Notes: a model not told the origin generated them from the letters alone. A DNA stretch of 64,000 bases from Eledone cirrhosa (GCA_964016885.1 OZ024756.1:7688001-7752000), one strand, 5' to 3'; positions 14,198 to 30,380 are shown, counted from the stretch's first letter. Made by a program: numbers and translations.

Positions 14198-15052
14198 AGA
14201 TCAAAAGATGGTTAAAGGAGTTCAATATATTTTATTATGCGCATTTCAAAAACAAACATCATCAAACAATAATATTTGTGTTTTCATCAGATAAAACAGG
14301 AGAACATGATATGAAGGCTAAAAAAACACTTGTTGATAGTGCAGTTTTAAATCAACATATCATCTTTTGATCAGAATATATATATATATAATATAAGATC
14401 AAAAGATGGTTAAAGGAGTTCAATATATTTTATTATGCGCATTTCAAAAACAAACATCATCAAACAATAATATTTGTGTTTTCATCAGATAAAACAGGAG
14501 AACATGATATGAAGGCTAAAAAAACACTTGTTGATAGTGCAGTTTTAAATCAACATATTATCTTTTGATCTTATATTATGCATACTCCAGTCCCACAAAC
14601 TGTAGAGTGCTTCTTATCCGATATCTGCATTGCTTTATTGTACTACAATAAAACTCACCTCCTACATATATATATATATATATATATATAACAAAGAATT
14701 GTGGTAAGGAACCAGATGGACCATAATGCACCAGAGAACTCAATACTTAGGGTAGTAAAGTGGGAAATAGGAAAAAGTAAGACCCCGTTGGCAGAGTTCA
14801 AGCCGTTTCGATGTCTATGTCTGGACTGAAATAGCCGTCAAAACGGCTTGAGCTCTGCCATTGGGGTCATACTTTTTCCTATATATATATATATATGTCA
14901 TATATCAAATCATATATTTTATCTGACGAGGACGCACTGAAAAAACATCATAGTACCTTCGAAATATATATAATAAGCCATATATTTTGATTATGTGAAT
15001 ATCTTCATTTGTTAATATTTTGAATAATATATATATATAAATATATATATAG

Positions 15053-15120
<68 letters not shown>

Positions 15121-16006
15121 GTTTCTACTTTTGGCACAAGGTCAGCAATTAACCAGTGCATTACTGGTACTCTATTTTACCGACCCCGTAAGGATGAAAG
15201 GTAAAGTTAACCTCGGTGGGATTAACTTTGCCTTTCAAACGTAGGACAGTGAACAATGAGAAGACAAGTCAACCAACGAAAAGAAGACAAACGGATAAAC
15301 AATTTTTTGAAGGGGAAACCTTAAAAAATATTTTTTGAAAATAAAAATACAAACAAAAGACTATATGTGTGTTGGTATTTCTCTATATCTTCTTTGGAAA
15401 ATATATTTACTCCATTCCAGAAACTAATTAGTTGGAAGTGATATTTTAGTAAGTAAGTTAATTTTATAATTTTCTTATTTTACGTCTCTCATATTATTGT
15501 TCTGCAACCCCATGCATTGAACCACAATGTTACTAAGACAAAACCTATATATTTGCTAGCATTGATATGCATCTGTGTGTATATATATGTTACTAGATAT
15601 TAATTCTTTATAATTATCTCCAAATTATTTGTCGAGCAATATTGGCCATGACTGCTGCTATGGTAGTAGGCAGGCCGCTGCCTTATTAGCAAACCACTTT
15701 CCACTGATTGACCTCGATGTCACGTGATTGATTCTTTTTGAATTTGCCACAGACGCAGAGGCAGTGATTTTCTCAATGGCTAGGAATTCAGTCCACGCTT
15801 TGCTATTTCCTATCCACTGAATTATTTTTTAATAAGTTTCCAGAGTCCTCGCTTTGCCTGGAAACTTAGCTGAGAATAGACTTCCCCGACGACGGAATGT
15901 TTCTCTATATCTTCTTCGGAAAATATATTTACTCCATTCCAGAAACTAATTAGTTGGAAGTGATATTTTAGTAAGTAAGTTAATTTTATAATTTTCTTAT
16001 TTTACG

Positions 16007-17316
<1,310 letters not shown>

Positions 17317-17435
17317 TCCTATTACTAATATATATATATATATATATATGGGACGAAAACTGATTCTGGGTTGATTTCTACAACTGGATGCCCTTCCTAA
17401 CACCAACCTCATTTACAGTGAGTGCTGGGTGCTTT

Positions 17436-17480
<45 letters not shown>

Positions 17481-17625
17481 ATATATATATATATTTATAT
17501 ATATATGTATATATATATAAATATATATATATTTAGCTGTAGAAATCAAGCTAGAATCAGTTCTCGTCCCACCCTTGCAAGCAGGGAAAAGTCGACGTAA
17601 AATGAAATGATGATGAGGATGATGA

Positions 17626-17802
<177 letters not shown>

Positions 17803-17880
17803 AATATATATATAAACATATATATATATATATAAATATATATATAAACATATATATATATAAATATATATATATAAATA

Positions 17881-17930
<50 letters not shown>

Positions 17931-17978
17931 AATATATATATATACATATAAATATATATATAAATATATATATATATG

Positions 17979-18070
<92 letters not shown>

Positions 18071-19044
18071 AATAAAATATAGAGTTAATAACTCATATAG
18101 ATACCCTGAAATTAACAAGCTCAAAGTATAAATACTGAGCATTAGGCCGGTGGATTGGCAGTATTGGTAGAGGATCGGACGCCATGCTTTGACGTATAGA
18201 GTTACAGCCCTTGCCATTCTGAGTTCAAATCCCGCCAAGGTTAACTTTGCCTTTCATCCTTACGGGGTCGATAAAATAAAGTACCAGTAATGCACTGGGT
18301 AATTGCTGGCCTTGGGCCTAACGTAGAAACAATTATAATATTAATATGTAAATCCGTGTCTAAAATTACGAGGGTAGATTACACCACAACTGTTATATAT
18401 CATTCAACCTGAATCATATGGGATTTAACAAGATTTCTTACAAGATTTCTCATACATACCATATCAATAACCATTTCATCTCCTGGACAGACTAAAGATT
18501 TACTCTGTTTCTCCCTGAATGAATCGTGTTTGTAACAAGTAATCCGTAGGCATTTCGTTTACATTCGTGTTTACTTCTACACATATAATATTATAATGCT
18601 CAGTATTTATACTTTGAGCTTTTTAATTGCAGGGTATCTATATGAGTTATTAACTCTATGTTTTATTTGTATTTCGGCTCCTTATCTGTTGAGCTTATAA
18701 AAATGAGTGTAAATAGGCTATTATTTCTAGCACCGCATATGACTTTCAACACACGAGGTGTAAGCTTTAGTGAGTTTATTGTTATGGGTGTTATGTAACA
18801 TTTAATCTTATCTCCTGCTGACGAAATGCCTACGGATTACTTGTTACACGCACGATTCATTCAGGGCAAAACAGAGTAAATCTTTAGTCTGTCCAGGAGA
18901 TGAAATGGTTATTGATATGGTATGTATGAGAAATCTTGTAAGAAATCTTGTAAAATCCCATATGATTCAGGTTGAATGATATATAACATTTGTGGTGTAA
19001 TCTACCCTCGTAATTTTAGACACGGGTCTACTGTGTTTACTTCT

Positions 19045-19109
<65 letters not shown>

Positions 19110-19631
19110 ATATAGAAAGGCTTCTACACAACTGTTTCATTCGGTAGAAATCATCAGAAAGCCTGATGGTTTCTCCCGAATATAACAATTCTAGGCCTGT
19201 AGAAGCCTTTCTATATTAAATATTTATACTCTGTTATGTATTGAGTACCTTACTTACTGTGGTTACTCCCGATTGAACCCGGGATAAACTTATATATATA
19301 TATATATATGTGGTAACAAGTTATCGTTATAGGTAATCTAGTTAGAGGTTGTGAGTACTCTGCGTCGTGGATAGTTTTAACGTACGGCTTTGTTTGACTC
19401 AACAAGATGCTTTCATATTTAGGCAGCGAGTTCGTGGTAATTCCTCTGCAGGTTAGACTTGGAGTAATAGTAGTGAAAGAATGAAAAGTAACATGATTGG
19501 CTGTACAACAAGGGGCTTTATTTCAGGTATTAACAATTGTTTCGTTGATCAGGTGAGTCTAGAGGTCGCTAATCGCTCGAAGTTGCATCACTCGATCTCC
19601 ATTACATTATTTACTTCTGATCAGATCCTCA

Positions 19632-19727
<96 letters not shown>

Positions 19728-19827
19728 CGACCGGCTGAGGTTGAAGGAACAGAATAGCGGTCGCCCTCGGGTCCTCGATTTTCAGCCCCATGGATTTTAT
19801 CTATTACATTCACGTATTATATTTCGA

Positions 19828-19885
19828 ATACCTGATGATGTCACCGGATTCATACGGAACCCGGTCATTGAAATGATCATAGTAT
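19828..19885 (+). ncRNA. Type I hammerhead ribozyme motif (palindrome TGATCA) in a (TA)n-flanked insertion 19725-20090
   Basis: ATAC-CTGATGA-TG..ACCGG..CCGGT-CATT-GAAA-TGATCA-TA-GTAT. Confidence 0.75.
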
Positions 19886-21023
19886 AATAAACCTTTGAAG
19901 GATTTACACAAATCCAGCCTCCTGTCATTTCATTATAATATTTAACTCTGTAATAGCACCACCAACTACAAAAACAAAGACGGTTGAACTGCCTTACGTT
20001 GAGTACTCTCTATATTATTGCATTAGGATTGACCATACGGAATAGACCAGCTCTATACAGTGGTGAACCTCAAACCTGAATAAATAAATATATATATATA
20101 TATATATATAATATTTTTAAATCGAAGTATAGCTGTTGTACAGCAAGTACTATTCGATTTGTTTGATGCAATCACAAAGCCCTCAATGGATCTAAAGTTA
20201 GAAACAAACATGTGGTCCAGAGTAAACAGAATTGTTATAAAGCGTGACCCCAAGAAAACCGATAGAAGGCTCTGGCTATGCAAATAACATAACTATGATA
20301 GACACAGGAAGGTATTGAAGTGGGAGAGAAGAAAACAAACAAAGAAACAAAGAGTTAATTAGTGCAGGGGGTAGTTATAATGGGAGGGGTGGTACTTCAA
20401 ATAAAATATTTTGAATTTGCTCCAACATTTGTATATATTCCCCAAGAATTATTCTGATGTAAAACCGTTCAATCAGAATGAATTAAATTCTTACAAATCT
20501 TACGAAGACCTCTTGTTAAGTGAGTTATCATCCAGCTTGGCAATTTCCCCTTAATCACACAATGGCCGTAGATTGGCAGCTGAAAAGAAATGACCAGGAC
20601 GGTCAATTACACGTATATATCAGCTGTCAAAAGCAATCTACATAAATAGAGTTATATTTTCGAATCAAGGCGAAAACGTCTGAAATACAGGAAGCTTCTT
20701 AGAACACCATTCTCTCTTCATCAGGACACTTTGAAGTATCAGTTTGATCCTATTTTAGAGTCCATGTTTCAATGTTGGTAATCATTAACTCAGCCTGTTC
20801 TACTTAGACACAATTTGCTCTCGCTAATAAATTATTATCTCCGGTTTATAATTCATGTCTCAATGTAATAGTCACTGTTCCATATATGGCGGCATACAAT
20901 GTGAATTGGAGAATCACTTTAGATTCAAACACTTTTCTTTTCATCTATCTATTATCTCTTTCTCGCTTTATTTCTCTCACTCTGTTTCTTAATACAGACA
21001 CATACACAGATCACACTCACACA

Positions 21024-21099
<76 letters not shown>

Positions 21100-21104
<5 letters not shown>

Positions 21105-21893
21105 TTAGGATTGGTCCTCTGAAATAGCGATGTATACATGAATGTATGTATAGTATATTTGGCAATATACCGTATGTTTAATTAAAAATATTTTGAAGAC
21201 CTTGCGCTATCACCTTTAAAGTAGCAACTATGTCACTTTCTTCTTTTTTCGGCAAAAGAAGGGAGATAAGCTGACAGATTCTGTTTCACACTGTTGGTGT
21301 TCCTCAGAGCATCGTACTCTCCACCTTTGCCGAAAATTATAGATGCTGGATTCTTATAGAATTCCAGTAATAATCAGGAACTGATTATACAGAGCGATTG
21401 CCGGTCCAGCAAAAATTAAAAATTAGGATTGGTGCTCTGAAATAGCGATGTATAAAAAAAGAAGTGACTTTGAAAATGATAGCGCAAGGTCTTCAAAATG
21501 TTTTTAATTAGATATACGGTATATTACCAAATATACTATACATGTATAGTATACATCATGTATACATCGCTATTTCAGAACACCAATCCCAATTTTTAAT
21601 TTTTGCTGGACCAGCAGTTCCTGATTATTACTGGAATTCTATAAGAATCCAGCCTCCATAATTTTCGGCAAAGGTGGGGAGTACGATGCTCTGAGGATCG
21701 CCAACAGCGTGGAACAGAATCTGTCAGCTCCTCTCCCTTCTTTTGTAGAAAAAAGAAGAAAGTGACATAGTTGCTACTTTAAAGGTGATAGCGCAAGTTC
21801 TTCAAAATGTTTTTAATTAAACATTAGGTATATTACCAAATATACTATACATACATTCATGTATACATCGCTATTTCAGAGCGCCAATCCTAG
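21100..21893. mobile_element. Head-to-head pair of ~320-nt hammerhead monomers (large imperfect palindrome)
   Basis: TAGGATTGGT..CTGAAATAGCGATGTATA recurs at ~21106 and ~21424, and is inverted at ~21560-21590 and ~21860-21892. Confidence 0.75.
21270..21310 (-). ncRNA. Minimal type I hammerhead ribozyme motif (GUC site)
   Basis: Minus strand GCT-CTGAGGA-ACAC-CAACA-GTGT-GAAA-CAGAATCTG-TC-AGC; the + copy at 21688-21728 has GGAA. Confidence 0.75.
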
Positions 21894-21898
21894 TAATA

Positions 21899-22060
21899 CA
21901 GTGAAATTCCGTTATAACGAAATTCACGGGGCATAAAAAAATTCGTTGTAACGAGATCGACCGAAACACATTGAACAAGCAGCCGGGGATTGAAAAGAAT
22001 TCGTTACACTGAAATGAAAAATTTGTCATAAAGGTATTCGTTATAACGGAATTTTACCTG
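21899..22060. mobile_element. MITE, Tc1/mariner-pogo type
   Basis: TIR CAGTGAAATTCCGTTATAACGAA / TTCGTTATAACGGAATTTTACCTG, with TA on both sides. Confidence 0.75.
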
Positions 22061-22239
22061 TATTAATTTCGTCAATGGTTTGCAATTGCAAAACAAAAGT
22101 TCCATGTATGATCTGGCTACAGTAGGGGTGGGGGTAAACTACGTCCCACGCAAGAGTTGTTTGTGTAGTCATCAAACAACTCAGACTATGATAGAATGGA
22201 AGAGATGTAGAGGGAGACTCAACCCCAGTATTGGTCTGG

Positions 22240-22710
22240 TGAAGGCACATGGCTTAGTGGTTAGAGCATCGGGCTTACAATCGCGTGGTTGTGAGTTCGA
22301 TTCTCGGGTCCGGCTTTGCGTTGTGTCCTTAAGCAGAACATGTTGCGCCAGTTCACTCAGCTGTAGAAATGAGTTGTGACATCACTGGTGTTAAGCTGTA
22401 TCGGCCATTACCTTTCCCTTGGACAACATCATATCTGGTGTATATATAATGTATATATATAATGTATATATAGTGTATATACAGTGTATATATGAGTTGT
22501 GACATCACTGGTGTCAAGCTGTATCGGCCATTACCTTTCCCTTGAACAACATCCATCGGTGGCGTGGAGAGGAGAGGCGGGTATACATGGGTGACTGCTG
22601 GTCTTCCATAGGGAAACTTACCCGGACTTGTGCCCCGGAGGGGAACTTTCTAGAGGCAAATTCCATGGTCATTCGTGACAGAAAGGAGTCTTTACCCTTA
22701 ACCCTTTTTA
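22240..22710 (+). mobile_element. Second tRNA-derived SINE family (CORE-like), with an internal duplication
   Basis: TGGCTTAGTGGTTAGAGC (A box), GAGTTCGATTC (B box), GTTGTGTCCTT core-like motif; 22370-22430 duplicated at 22492-22552; (TTACCC) tail. Confidence 0.7.
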
Positions 22711-23002
22711 CTGGACTGGTGCATCGGTGGGTTTTGGGAATAACGCAAGCCCTTCTCTTCGATGATCTACCGACTCACCACCCTCATCTACTGCACACAT
22801 ACAAATATATTCACTATATTTATATATACTGAGTTTCAAAATAAACATTTTATCTGATAATATTTAACTTTGTTGATGTAATGTATAAAATCATTACATG
22901 AAAAGACGTGATTTGAAAAATATATTTCGTGTAGATGTTATCGATTCTGCAACTCATAAGACATAAAGGCATATATATATATATGTATGTATGTATGTAT
23001 GT

Positions 23003-23057
<55 letters not shown>

Positions 23058-23637
23058 GAGATACGTGTGTGTATGTATGTATGTGTATATATATAGAGAG
23101 AGATACGTGTGTGTGTATGTATGTATGTGGATATATATAGAGAGATACGTGTGTGTGTATGTATGTATGTATGTGTATATATATATATATGTATAAAAAG
23201 AGATACGTATGTGTATATGTATGTGTTATATATATAGAGATATACGTGTGTGTGGGTATGTATGTATGTGTATATATAGAGAGATACGTGTGTGTGTATG
23301 TATGTGTATATATAGAGAGAGAAGTGTGTGTGTGTGTGTGTATGTATGTGTATGTAGAGAGAGAGAGATACGTGTGCGTGTGTATGTATGTGTATATATA
23401 GAGAGAGATATGTATCAGTGTGTGCATATATATAGATATATATGTGTGTGTGTGTGTGCGTGCGTGTGTGTGTGTGTAGAAATATATATTGTGTGCGTGT
23501 ATATGTATGAGAAAAAATTGATTCTTAAACATGGGACATCGTAAACTGATTAAGCTGCAAGAAAAACAAAATGTACAATAATTTCTGACACCTCCTCTGT
23601 TTCCAGTGTTACACACACACACACACACACGCACGCA

Positions 23638-23701
<64 letters not shown>

Positions 23702-23710
23702 ACACACATG

Positions 23711-23771
<61 letters not shown>

Positions 23772-24124
23772 TTTTCACATAATCTTTTAATGTTTCCAAA
23801 TGTTGGGCGATTCGTTTATATTCGTTTCTTTGTCTTCTAGTTTGAAAAAAAATATTGAATTTAATGCTATCAATTAATTATAATTCTGAGGTTTCTTGAA
23901 AATAAAATAAAAATATTTTATTCATGTAATATTTATAAGAGATATAGAAATGCTTTTTAAATCAGTATTTGTTTAAAATTTCATAAATCAACTATTCCAT
24001 TTTTTCTGACATGACTTGGTACATATAAAACTGGGATATTAGAAGCTAACTGACGTGGCATGGCTATCCATGAACAGTCATAAACATTATAATGATTTCC
24101 TGATTGTAATACTGTAGATATAAA

Positions 24125-24285
24125 GCTGCGAAATAGCAGAGTTGTTAAGACGTCCGATAGAATGCTTTAAGGTATTTGTCCCGCCTCATTGTGCACTCTG
24201 AGTTCAAATCCCGCCGGGGTCAACTTTGCCTTTCATCCTTTGGAGATCGATAAAAAAAAGTTCCAGTCCAGTACTGGGCTCGATT
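24125..24285 (+). mobile_element. Diverged SINE subfamily copy (also 59445-59597)
   Basis: GAGTTCAAATCCCGCCGGGGTCAACTTTGCCTTTCATCC. Confidence 0.7.
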
Positions 24286-24564
24286 CTTCCTTTATAAAAA
24301 AATCGGCTGTGTTCAGAATCGGAAAGGTTTGGGCTCCTGCAGGTTTAACAAGTGCTAATATTCTCAGTATCGTTCAATTTTAGAATATATACTGCCGTAG
24401 CTAGATTAGCAAGCGTTCCATATTTTTAGTAGATCTACAAATCCAAATTGTAATATCATATTATAAAATTAAATTAAATTGTTTAGAACTACAAGTGAAG
24501 TCATTCTTTTCCTATTTTTTAAATATATATAACTGTACCAAGGATCTAACACATTTTCCAATAT

Positions 24565-25936
24565 GTATATATTCATTAGTTAAGCAAAATAAGACCACAC
24601 ATTTCACAAGGAAGACATTATTAAAATAATTGTCAACATATTTTAGTTTGATGTAAGGAATGTAGAGAATAATAATAATAATAATATTAATAATGATAAT
24701 GTCCGTTTACAATTGTTTCGCTACTGCATATAATATTTCTGGATCAAATGATTATAAATAATTATTGATCTGGTTCAGTTGAAAATAATTAACATAGGTA
24801 AAAATAGAGCAGCTCATCGGAACTTCAAAAGGAATATAAATTAAAATAAGGAAAGAATGTTACATAATGTAATGTTCCATATATTGATATTTCACTATGG
24901 TATCCTGGGTATATCTATTGCCTGCCATAGTCGAGCAGTATTCTTCTGTCGAGGCTGCATTGTGTGAGATCTGCCTATGGCTAACAAGATGGCCGCAAAT
25001 GGACATATTTACCTTAATAATTAGAGGGTGGTTTCAGGGGAAGTAACTCCTCGAGAGATTAGAAATTTGGGTATTTTATAGTTAAGTGTTAATTTGTTTA
25101 TTTTTTTTATTGAGAGACAAAGTAAGGGAGGTAACTTATAATTATCTAAGTTAGCTATAACCATTTAACTTATTAGCTACAAGTAAAGATGGGGCTAGAT
25201 GACTATGTTGGGTCAAATATTCTGTTGGCGAAGGAATTAACCCTTCGTTATTGACAACTAATAGTTACCTCCGTTCTATCGTTAATCGGTAGAGGTCGTG
25301 ATAGAGTTATGTAATATGCTTCGGTAAGACAGAGGTCACAAGATTTTCTTCGTCCATTGAACGGTTGGGTCCCAACCAAGTTATCCCATGTCAGTGAGTG
25401 TTCAATGTTGGTTAATTTAAGGTTTTTAATGAGCCTAGCTAGAGATGTCGAACATCTGTTGTTAGGGTCTCGGAAGAATAAAGAGTGCGCGTTATAGCGT
25501 ACCTTAAAAGGGTTAGAGGTAGACCCGATATAGGAGCTGATATGCGAAGCAGTTTTAACCGTGCACCTATAAACTCTATTGGGTGTCAGGCAATGTCCAT
25601 TTAGTGGGCATGCATTAGGGTAACGGCAGTTTCAGTTACTTCTGCGGTTAGTGAGAGTAGGGTGTTTAACCTAAGCGGTTGGTCAGTGCTATAAGGATTA
25701 GATGGGGGAGGTGTGCTACGATAGTAATTATTGGTGTAGTAGCGTAGTGTTTTTGATGGTACCGCGGGGTGGTACCGCGGGGTGGTAGTTACACTGTCTT
25801 AGTTTATGATGGTTACTGAATGCGATGTGACTAGCTAGGTTAGGTGTTGTGGAGAATGAGATTTTAATGTCTTTTTTATTAAAAAGTTTGTAATATCTAT
25901 GGTTGGGGTGGGGGAAATGTTTAGATAGGATAGACC
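24565..25936 (-). mobile_element. Penelope-like element family 2, 3' fragment (decayed GIY-YIG domain + 3' UTR/pLTR)
   Basis: Minus-strand translation ..FPHPNHRYYKLFNKKDIKISFST.. CPLNGHC..RVYRCTV..YIGSTSNPFKVRYNAH..CDLCLTE, homologous to the 40855 ORF C-terminus; stop at 25203. Confidence 0.85.
24705..24823 (-). ncRNA. PLE family 2 hammerhead-like motif with variant core CCGAUGA
   Basis: Minus strand GTT-CCGATGA-GCTGCT..AGTAGC-GAAA-CAATTG-TA-AAC; the copy at 37050-37170 has the same CCGATGA. Confidence 0.6.
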
Positions 25937-26946
25937 AGGTCGACCAAGATGTAGTCAATCACGTTTCGGTGCTCAGAATTTGGCGATACCCAGCTCCATC
26001 TCTTCTCTTTCTTCTTCCTGAATAGGCTGTTTCCGATTCACAGCCGTCTCGCCTCCGCCATGGGGACCAGACGCTCTCCTTTCTCATTTCGCTCTCATAG
26101 GCCGAATCTTCCTACATACTCTTCCCCTTGCCGTCCCTGTCCGACCTTTGCGTTGAAGTCTCCCATCACGACGGTTTAAGTGGACTTCACAGCTAGCACT
26201 TTGTATACCTGGCGATAGAATTCTTCCACCTAATCGTCGTCGCTGGTACTTGTGGGAGCGTAGGTCTGGACGATCTTGAGGGTGGCCTTCCCTGAGAGTT
26301 TCACGTTCAGTACACCAATCCGTGACGATATGAACTGGCAAGAAGCGACCTTCGAAGCCCACTCCTTGCTTACGATGACCCCTATACCTCCGACCGATCT
26401 GGCACTCTCTGCTTTCCCGAGTCTCAAGGCGCATCCATCTTGCCATCGCGAACTGGCCTCCTTCTTCTGTCAGGTCTCGCACAGCCCTAACACGTCGCAC
26501 CTGATCTTCTTCTTCTCCTCCATTAGGTGGTTCAGTCCTTACCCCCTGCCAAAGATCTGCAGTTGTAGGTGCATATGGCAAGGTTAGTCCTGTTCCTTGG
26601 CGGACTTCGGGAACCTGTGATTCTTAGCAGCCTCTCGTCGCTCGGGTTGCACTCCGCCGTCGTGGAGTGGCCCGATTGACGCTCAGGGTACTGAGGCCCT
26701 TTTCTTCGTGCTGTTTTAGCCATAAGATGACGCCATCCCACTGACTAGGCGGGCAGGCCGGTACCTCTCCAGTTTAGCTAGCTTTTGAACTCTAGAAGAT
26801 GTTGAATCATCTCTAGGACCAATAGTCTGATACCTGTGTAGCATGGTAAAACCTGCCAGGACATTGATCCCGCTACCATAGCTATCAGACAGCCAGGGTC
26901 ACCGCTGCACCACTTTTGAGACACTGAAGTAGGATTTTGCAGAGGA
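25937..26946 (-). mobile_element. RTE-clade LINE 5' part: 5' UTR + decayed AP endonuclease
   Basis: Minus strand LAICTYNCRSL..CDVLGLCET..GGIGVIV..VQTYAPTS..VMGDFNAKVG..IDYILV, with stops and frameshifts. Confidence 0.85.
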
Positions 26947-26956
26947 TATATATATA

Positions 26957-27074
<118 letters not shown>

Positions 27075-27086
27075 TATATATATATA

Positions 27087-27159
<73 letters not shown>

Positions 27160-27356
27160 AATTAGTATATCTACCAACATATTTATACAGATGTATACTT
27201 ACGCTAGCAAAGATATAGGTTTTGACTTAGTAACTTTGTGGTGTGAAATGTTCAGTGTCTTGGAATTTAGTCCGCGCTTGCTTTTTTCCATCCACTGAAT
27301 TATTTTTGTATAAGTTCCCTGTGTGCGCGTATTGCCAGGAACCTTAGCCGAGAATG

Positions 27357-27439
27357 ACTCCCTGGTGAAGAAAGGATTCTCCATGGTCTCCATTTGAAGA
27401 CTATGTATATCCCCTTTCAGAAACTAATTAGTTGGAATG
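27357..27439 (+). ncRNA. Degenerate hammerhead (CUGGUGA) of the 522-nt family
   Basis: ACTCC-CTGGTGA-AGAAAGG..CCTTTCA-GAAA-CTAATTAG-TT-GGAAT; flanks homologous to 4560-4779. Confidence 0.55.
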
Positions 27440-27480
27440 AAATTTAAGTAAGTTAATTACTATAATTTTCTTATTTTACG

Positions 27481-27538
<58 letters not shown>

Positions 27539-28187
27539 GTGGGTTTTTTTTTACAAAATGAAAAATAACCGAGGTGTCCTACACGAGTGGAAGTATAAAG
27601 AAAAAGGGATGAAATCGAAAATGCAACTGAAGTCTTATTTTTTTTAAATATATATTTTTTTTTTTTTAAATAAGACTTCAGTTGCATCTTCTGAAACTAA
27701 AAAAATCAATCTGTGAACGCAGAAGTAAATATTTCGAAAAACTTTGCAACCGAAAGAAAACAGGAAGGTGATACTTTGGTTCGTGAAGACGTTAGGAATG
27801 TCGTATAACCGGAAGTGTTGACATTTGAAAATTTTAAAGAAGTGAATATTTAAGTAATGTCTTTAATCTTTTAACCAAATTCAGTAGACACAAATACCCC
27901 CACTTTCTTACTTGGAAACAGTCTCTATGGTGCATCATCTATGATGCAAATTTGGTGCTGCTTGTTCCAGCCGCTTGGCGGAAGGTTTGTTACTTACATA
28001 CGGCTGTTAGCTTTATAGTATAGATTAAAATAACAGATTAAAGTTAAAGCACAGAATCGGGTTGAAAGCAGCGAATCTTTGCTTAAACTTTAATCTGTTA
28101 TCTAAATATTTGCTCTACGGTTTTTATATATATATATTTTATCCTTATCGGTACCTCTTCGGTTTTAGTCTTCAAATCTATTATTAT

Positions 28188-28245
<58 letters not shown>

Positions 28246-28338
28246 GTTAAATAAAATATCAATGAATAAATCAAAGAATTAAATCCATGACTGGATCTTA
28301 ACCATCTACTATGTCAGGGTATGTCATGCATCATCTTA

Positions 28339-28400
28339 TTTTATCTGATGAGAACGTACTGTTGAAGTTAGCTCAGTACCTCTGAAATATGTATAATAAA
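28339..28400 (+). ncRNA. Minimal type I hammerhead ribozyme motif
   Basis: TTTTAT-CTGATGA-GAACGTACTG..CAGTACCTCT-GAAA-TATGTA-TA-ATAAAA. Confidence 0.75.
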
Positions 28401-28447
28401 ATATACTTGATCACAAGAAGTTCTATTTTTGTTAATATTTTGAATTA

Positions 28448-28516
<69 letters not shown>

Positions 28517-28816
28517 TGTGTGTATGTGTGTGTATGTGTGTGTGTGTTTGTGCGTAGTAATGTTGATAAAAACGACTAGAATCTTTACAGTTGATGCCCC
28601 AGCACGGCCGTATTCAAATGACTGAAACCATTAAAACTAATATAACAATAAACATAAACAGGACATTTGTAGGGGGGGACTTATGTGTGTGTGGACGTGT
28701 GTGGATGTGTGTGTGGACGTGTGTGTGTGTCCCCGTACGTGCGTATATTTATGTGTGTGGACATGCCTGTGTGGGCATGTGTGGAAGTGAGTGTGTGTGC
28801 GTGTGTATGTGTGTGC

Positions 28817-28852
<36 letters not shown>

Positions 28853-30380
28853 GTGTATGTATGTATGTGTGTGTGTGTGGCCATGTCCGTGTTGGCATGA
28901 ATGTGTATGTGTGTGGAAGTGTGTGTGTGTGTACGTACGTGCCTATATTTATGTGTATGTGTGTGTGTATGTGTGTGTGGACATATCTGTGTGGGAATGT
29001 GTGTGTATGTGTGTGGAAGTGAGTGTGTGTCTGTATATGTGTGTGTGTATATGTGAGTGTATGTATATGTGAGTGTGTGTATGTGTGTGTGCGTATATGT
29101 GTGTGTATATATGTGTGTGTGTGAGTGTGTGTATGTGTGTGTATGTGTATGTGTATGTGTGAGTGTGTGTATGTGTGTGTGCATATGTAAGTGTATGTAT
29201 ATGTGAGTGTGTGTGTGTGTGTGTAGTCAGCAGTGAAAGAGAGAGAAACTAATTGAGGAAGATGTCCTCAAGGTAAACTCAATAAATGGTGAATATTAAT
29301 TTGTCAGTCTAATTTAGCATTTGGAATATATTGGTAAGATATCAAGTTGCAAGGGAAATGTTAGTTGTAGCCAGCTCTGCATCTTCTCCATAGAATTTCC
29401 TATCAAGTTACCTGGGGCATTATTGAATATACGGTGTGAGATAACCGAAATAGTCTTACAGCTAACTCTCTATCCTGCAGTTCCTCATATAATAAAGATG
29501 TATGACAAGATTGGCTTTCATTCTCTTACAAAGTAAAGAAAGACATCGTGGAAGAATGTAGAAATGTAGGAATGGTATTTGATGTGTTTTATTAAGTCGG
29601 AAGCAATTATTTCGTTCATTAATGGCCGTTCTACAAAGTCAACCTGACCAATGCTATTATTTCTTAATTTACCTCATTAAGAAATGGCGATGCTGCATTC
29701 TTCAGTAAAATGCATTGATTCTTGCCTCGTGGTTAAATAAAAGTCCTTTGTCGCTATTTGACACCAGTTAACAATGTAGGAAGGCTTTGTATCTTGGCTT
29801 ATTGACACTTCCATGAATGGATTTTTACAAAAGCTTCCCTGCTGAGCCGTTAAATCAGCGTCTAAAATAATTATTGACATAATATAACATGGACAAATCG
29901 CTAACCAAATGGTCGTAATCATTGTCAGCTGATTCTAGTAATGGTTTATATGAATAAAATCATAAACGTTAGAATTTAATCAATACTGTCCGACTGCTTC
30001 ACAATGGCTCTATTATCATTATAACTCCCTACAGATTCGCCATAATGGCAGTTCTGAATTATAGCGTCAGCTTTAGATTTTATTCAAATTCTTCGTTATC
30101 TTGTTTTTATTTGCAAACTTCCGCTCGTATGTCTTGTAGTTATTTGTGTTTTCATGTATAATGTAACACAGAAGTGTGTTGACGTACACATATATATATG
30201 TATATATATACATATATACACACATATATATATATACATGCACATATATATATATATATATGTTGACACACAAACATATATATATATATGTATATATATA
30301 TATTATCATACACGTATATATATATGTATATACATATATATACACACATATATATGTTGACACACATATACATATATAAG

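Noticed and set aside
20640-20730. Minus-strand CUGAUGA..GAAA possible hammerhead
   Set aside because: I could not close helices I and III convincingly
22245-22315. tRNA gene (also SINE heads at 639, 61283 and ~61710)
   Set aside because: A and B boxes are present but there is no complete cloverleaf, and the sequence continues into SINE bodies
26860-26946. HDV-like ribozyme at the RTE 5' end
   Set aside because: Known in some RTEs, but I could not identify the P1/P1.1/P2/P3 pairings here
27533-28025. Possible Helitron on the minus strand (ATCTATACTATAAA start)
   Set aside because: Only one terminus is recognisable; no CTAG/hairpin end found
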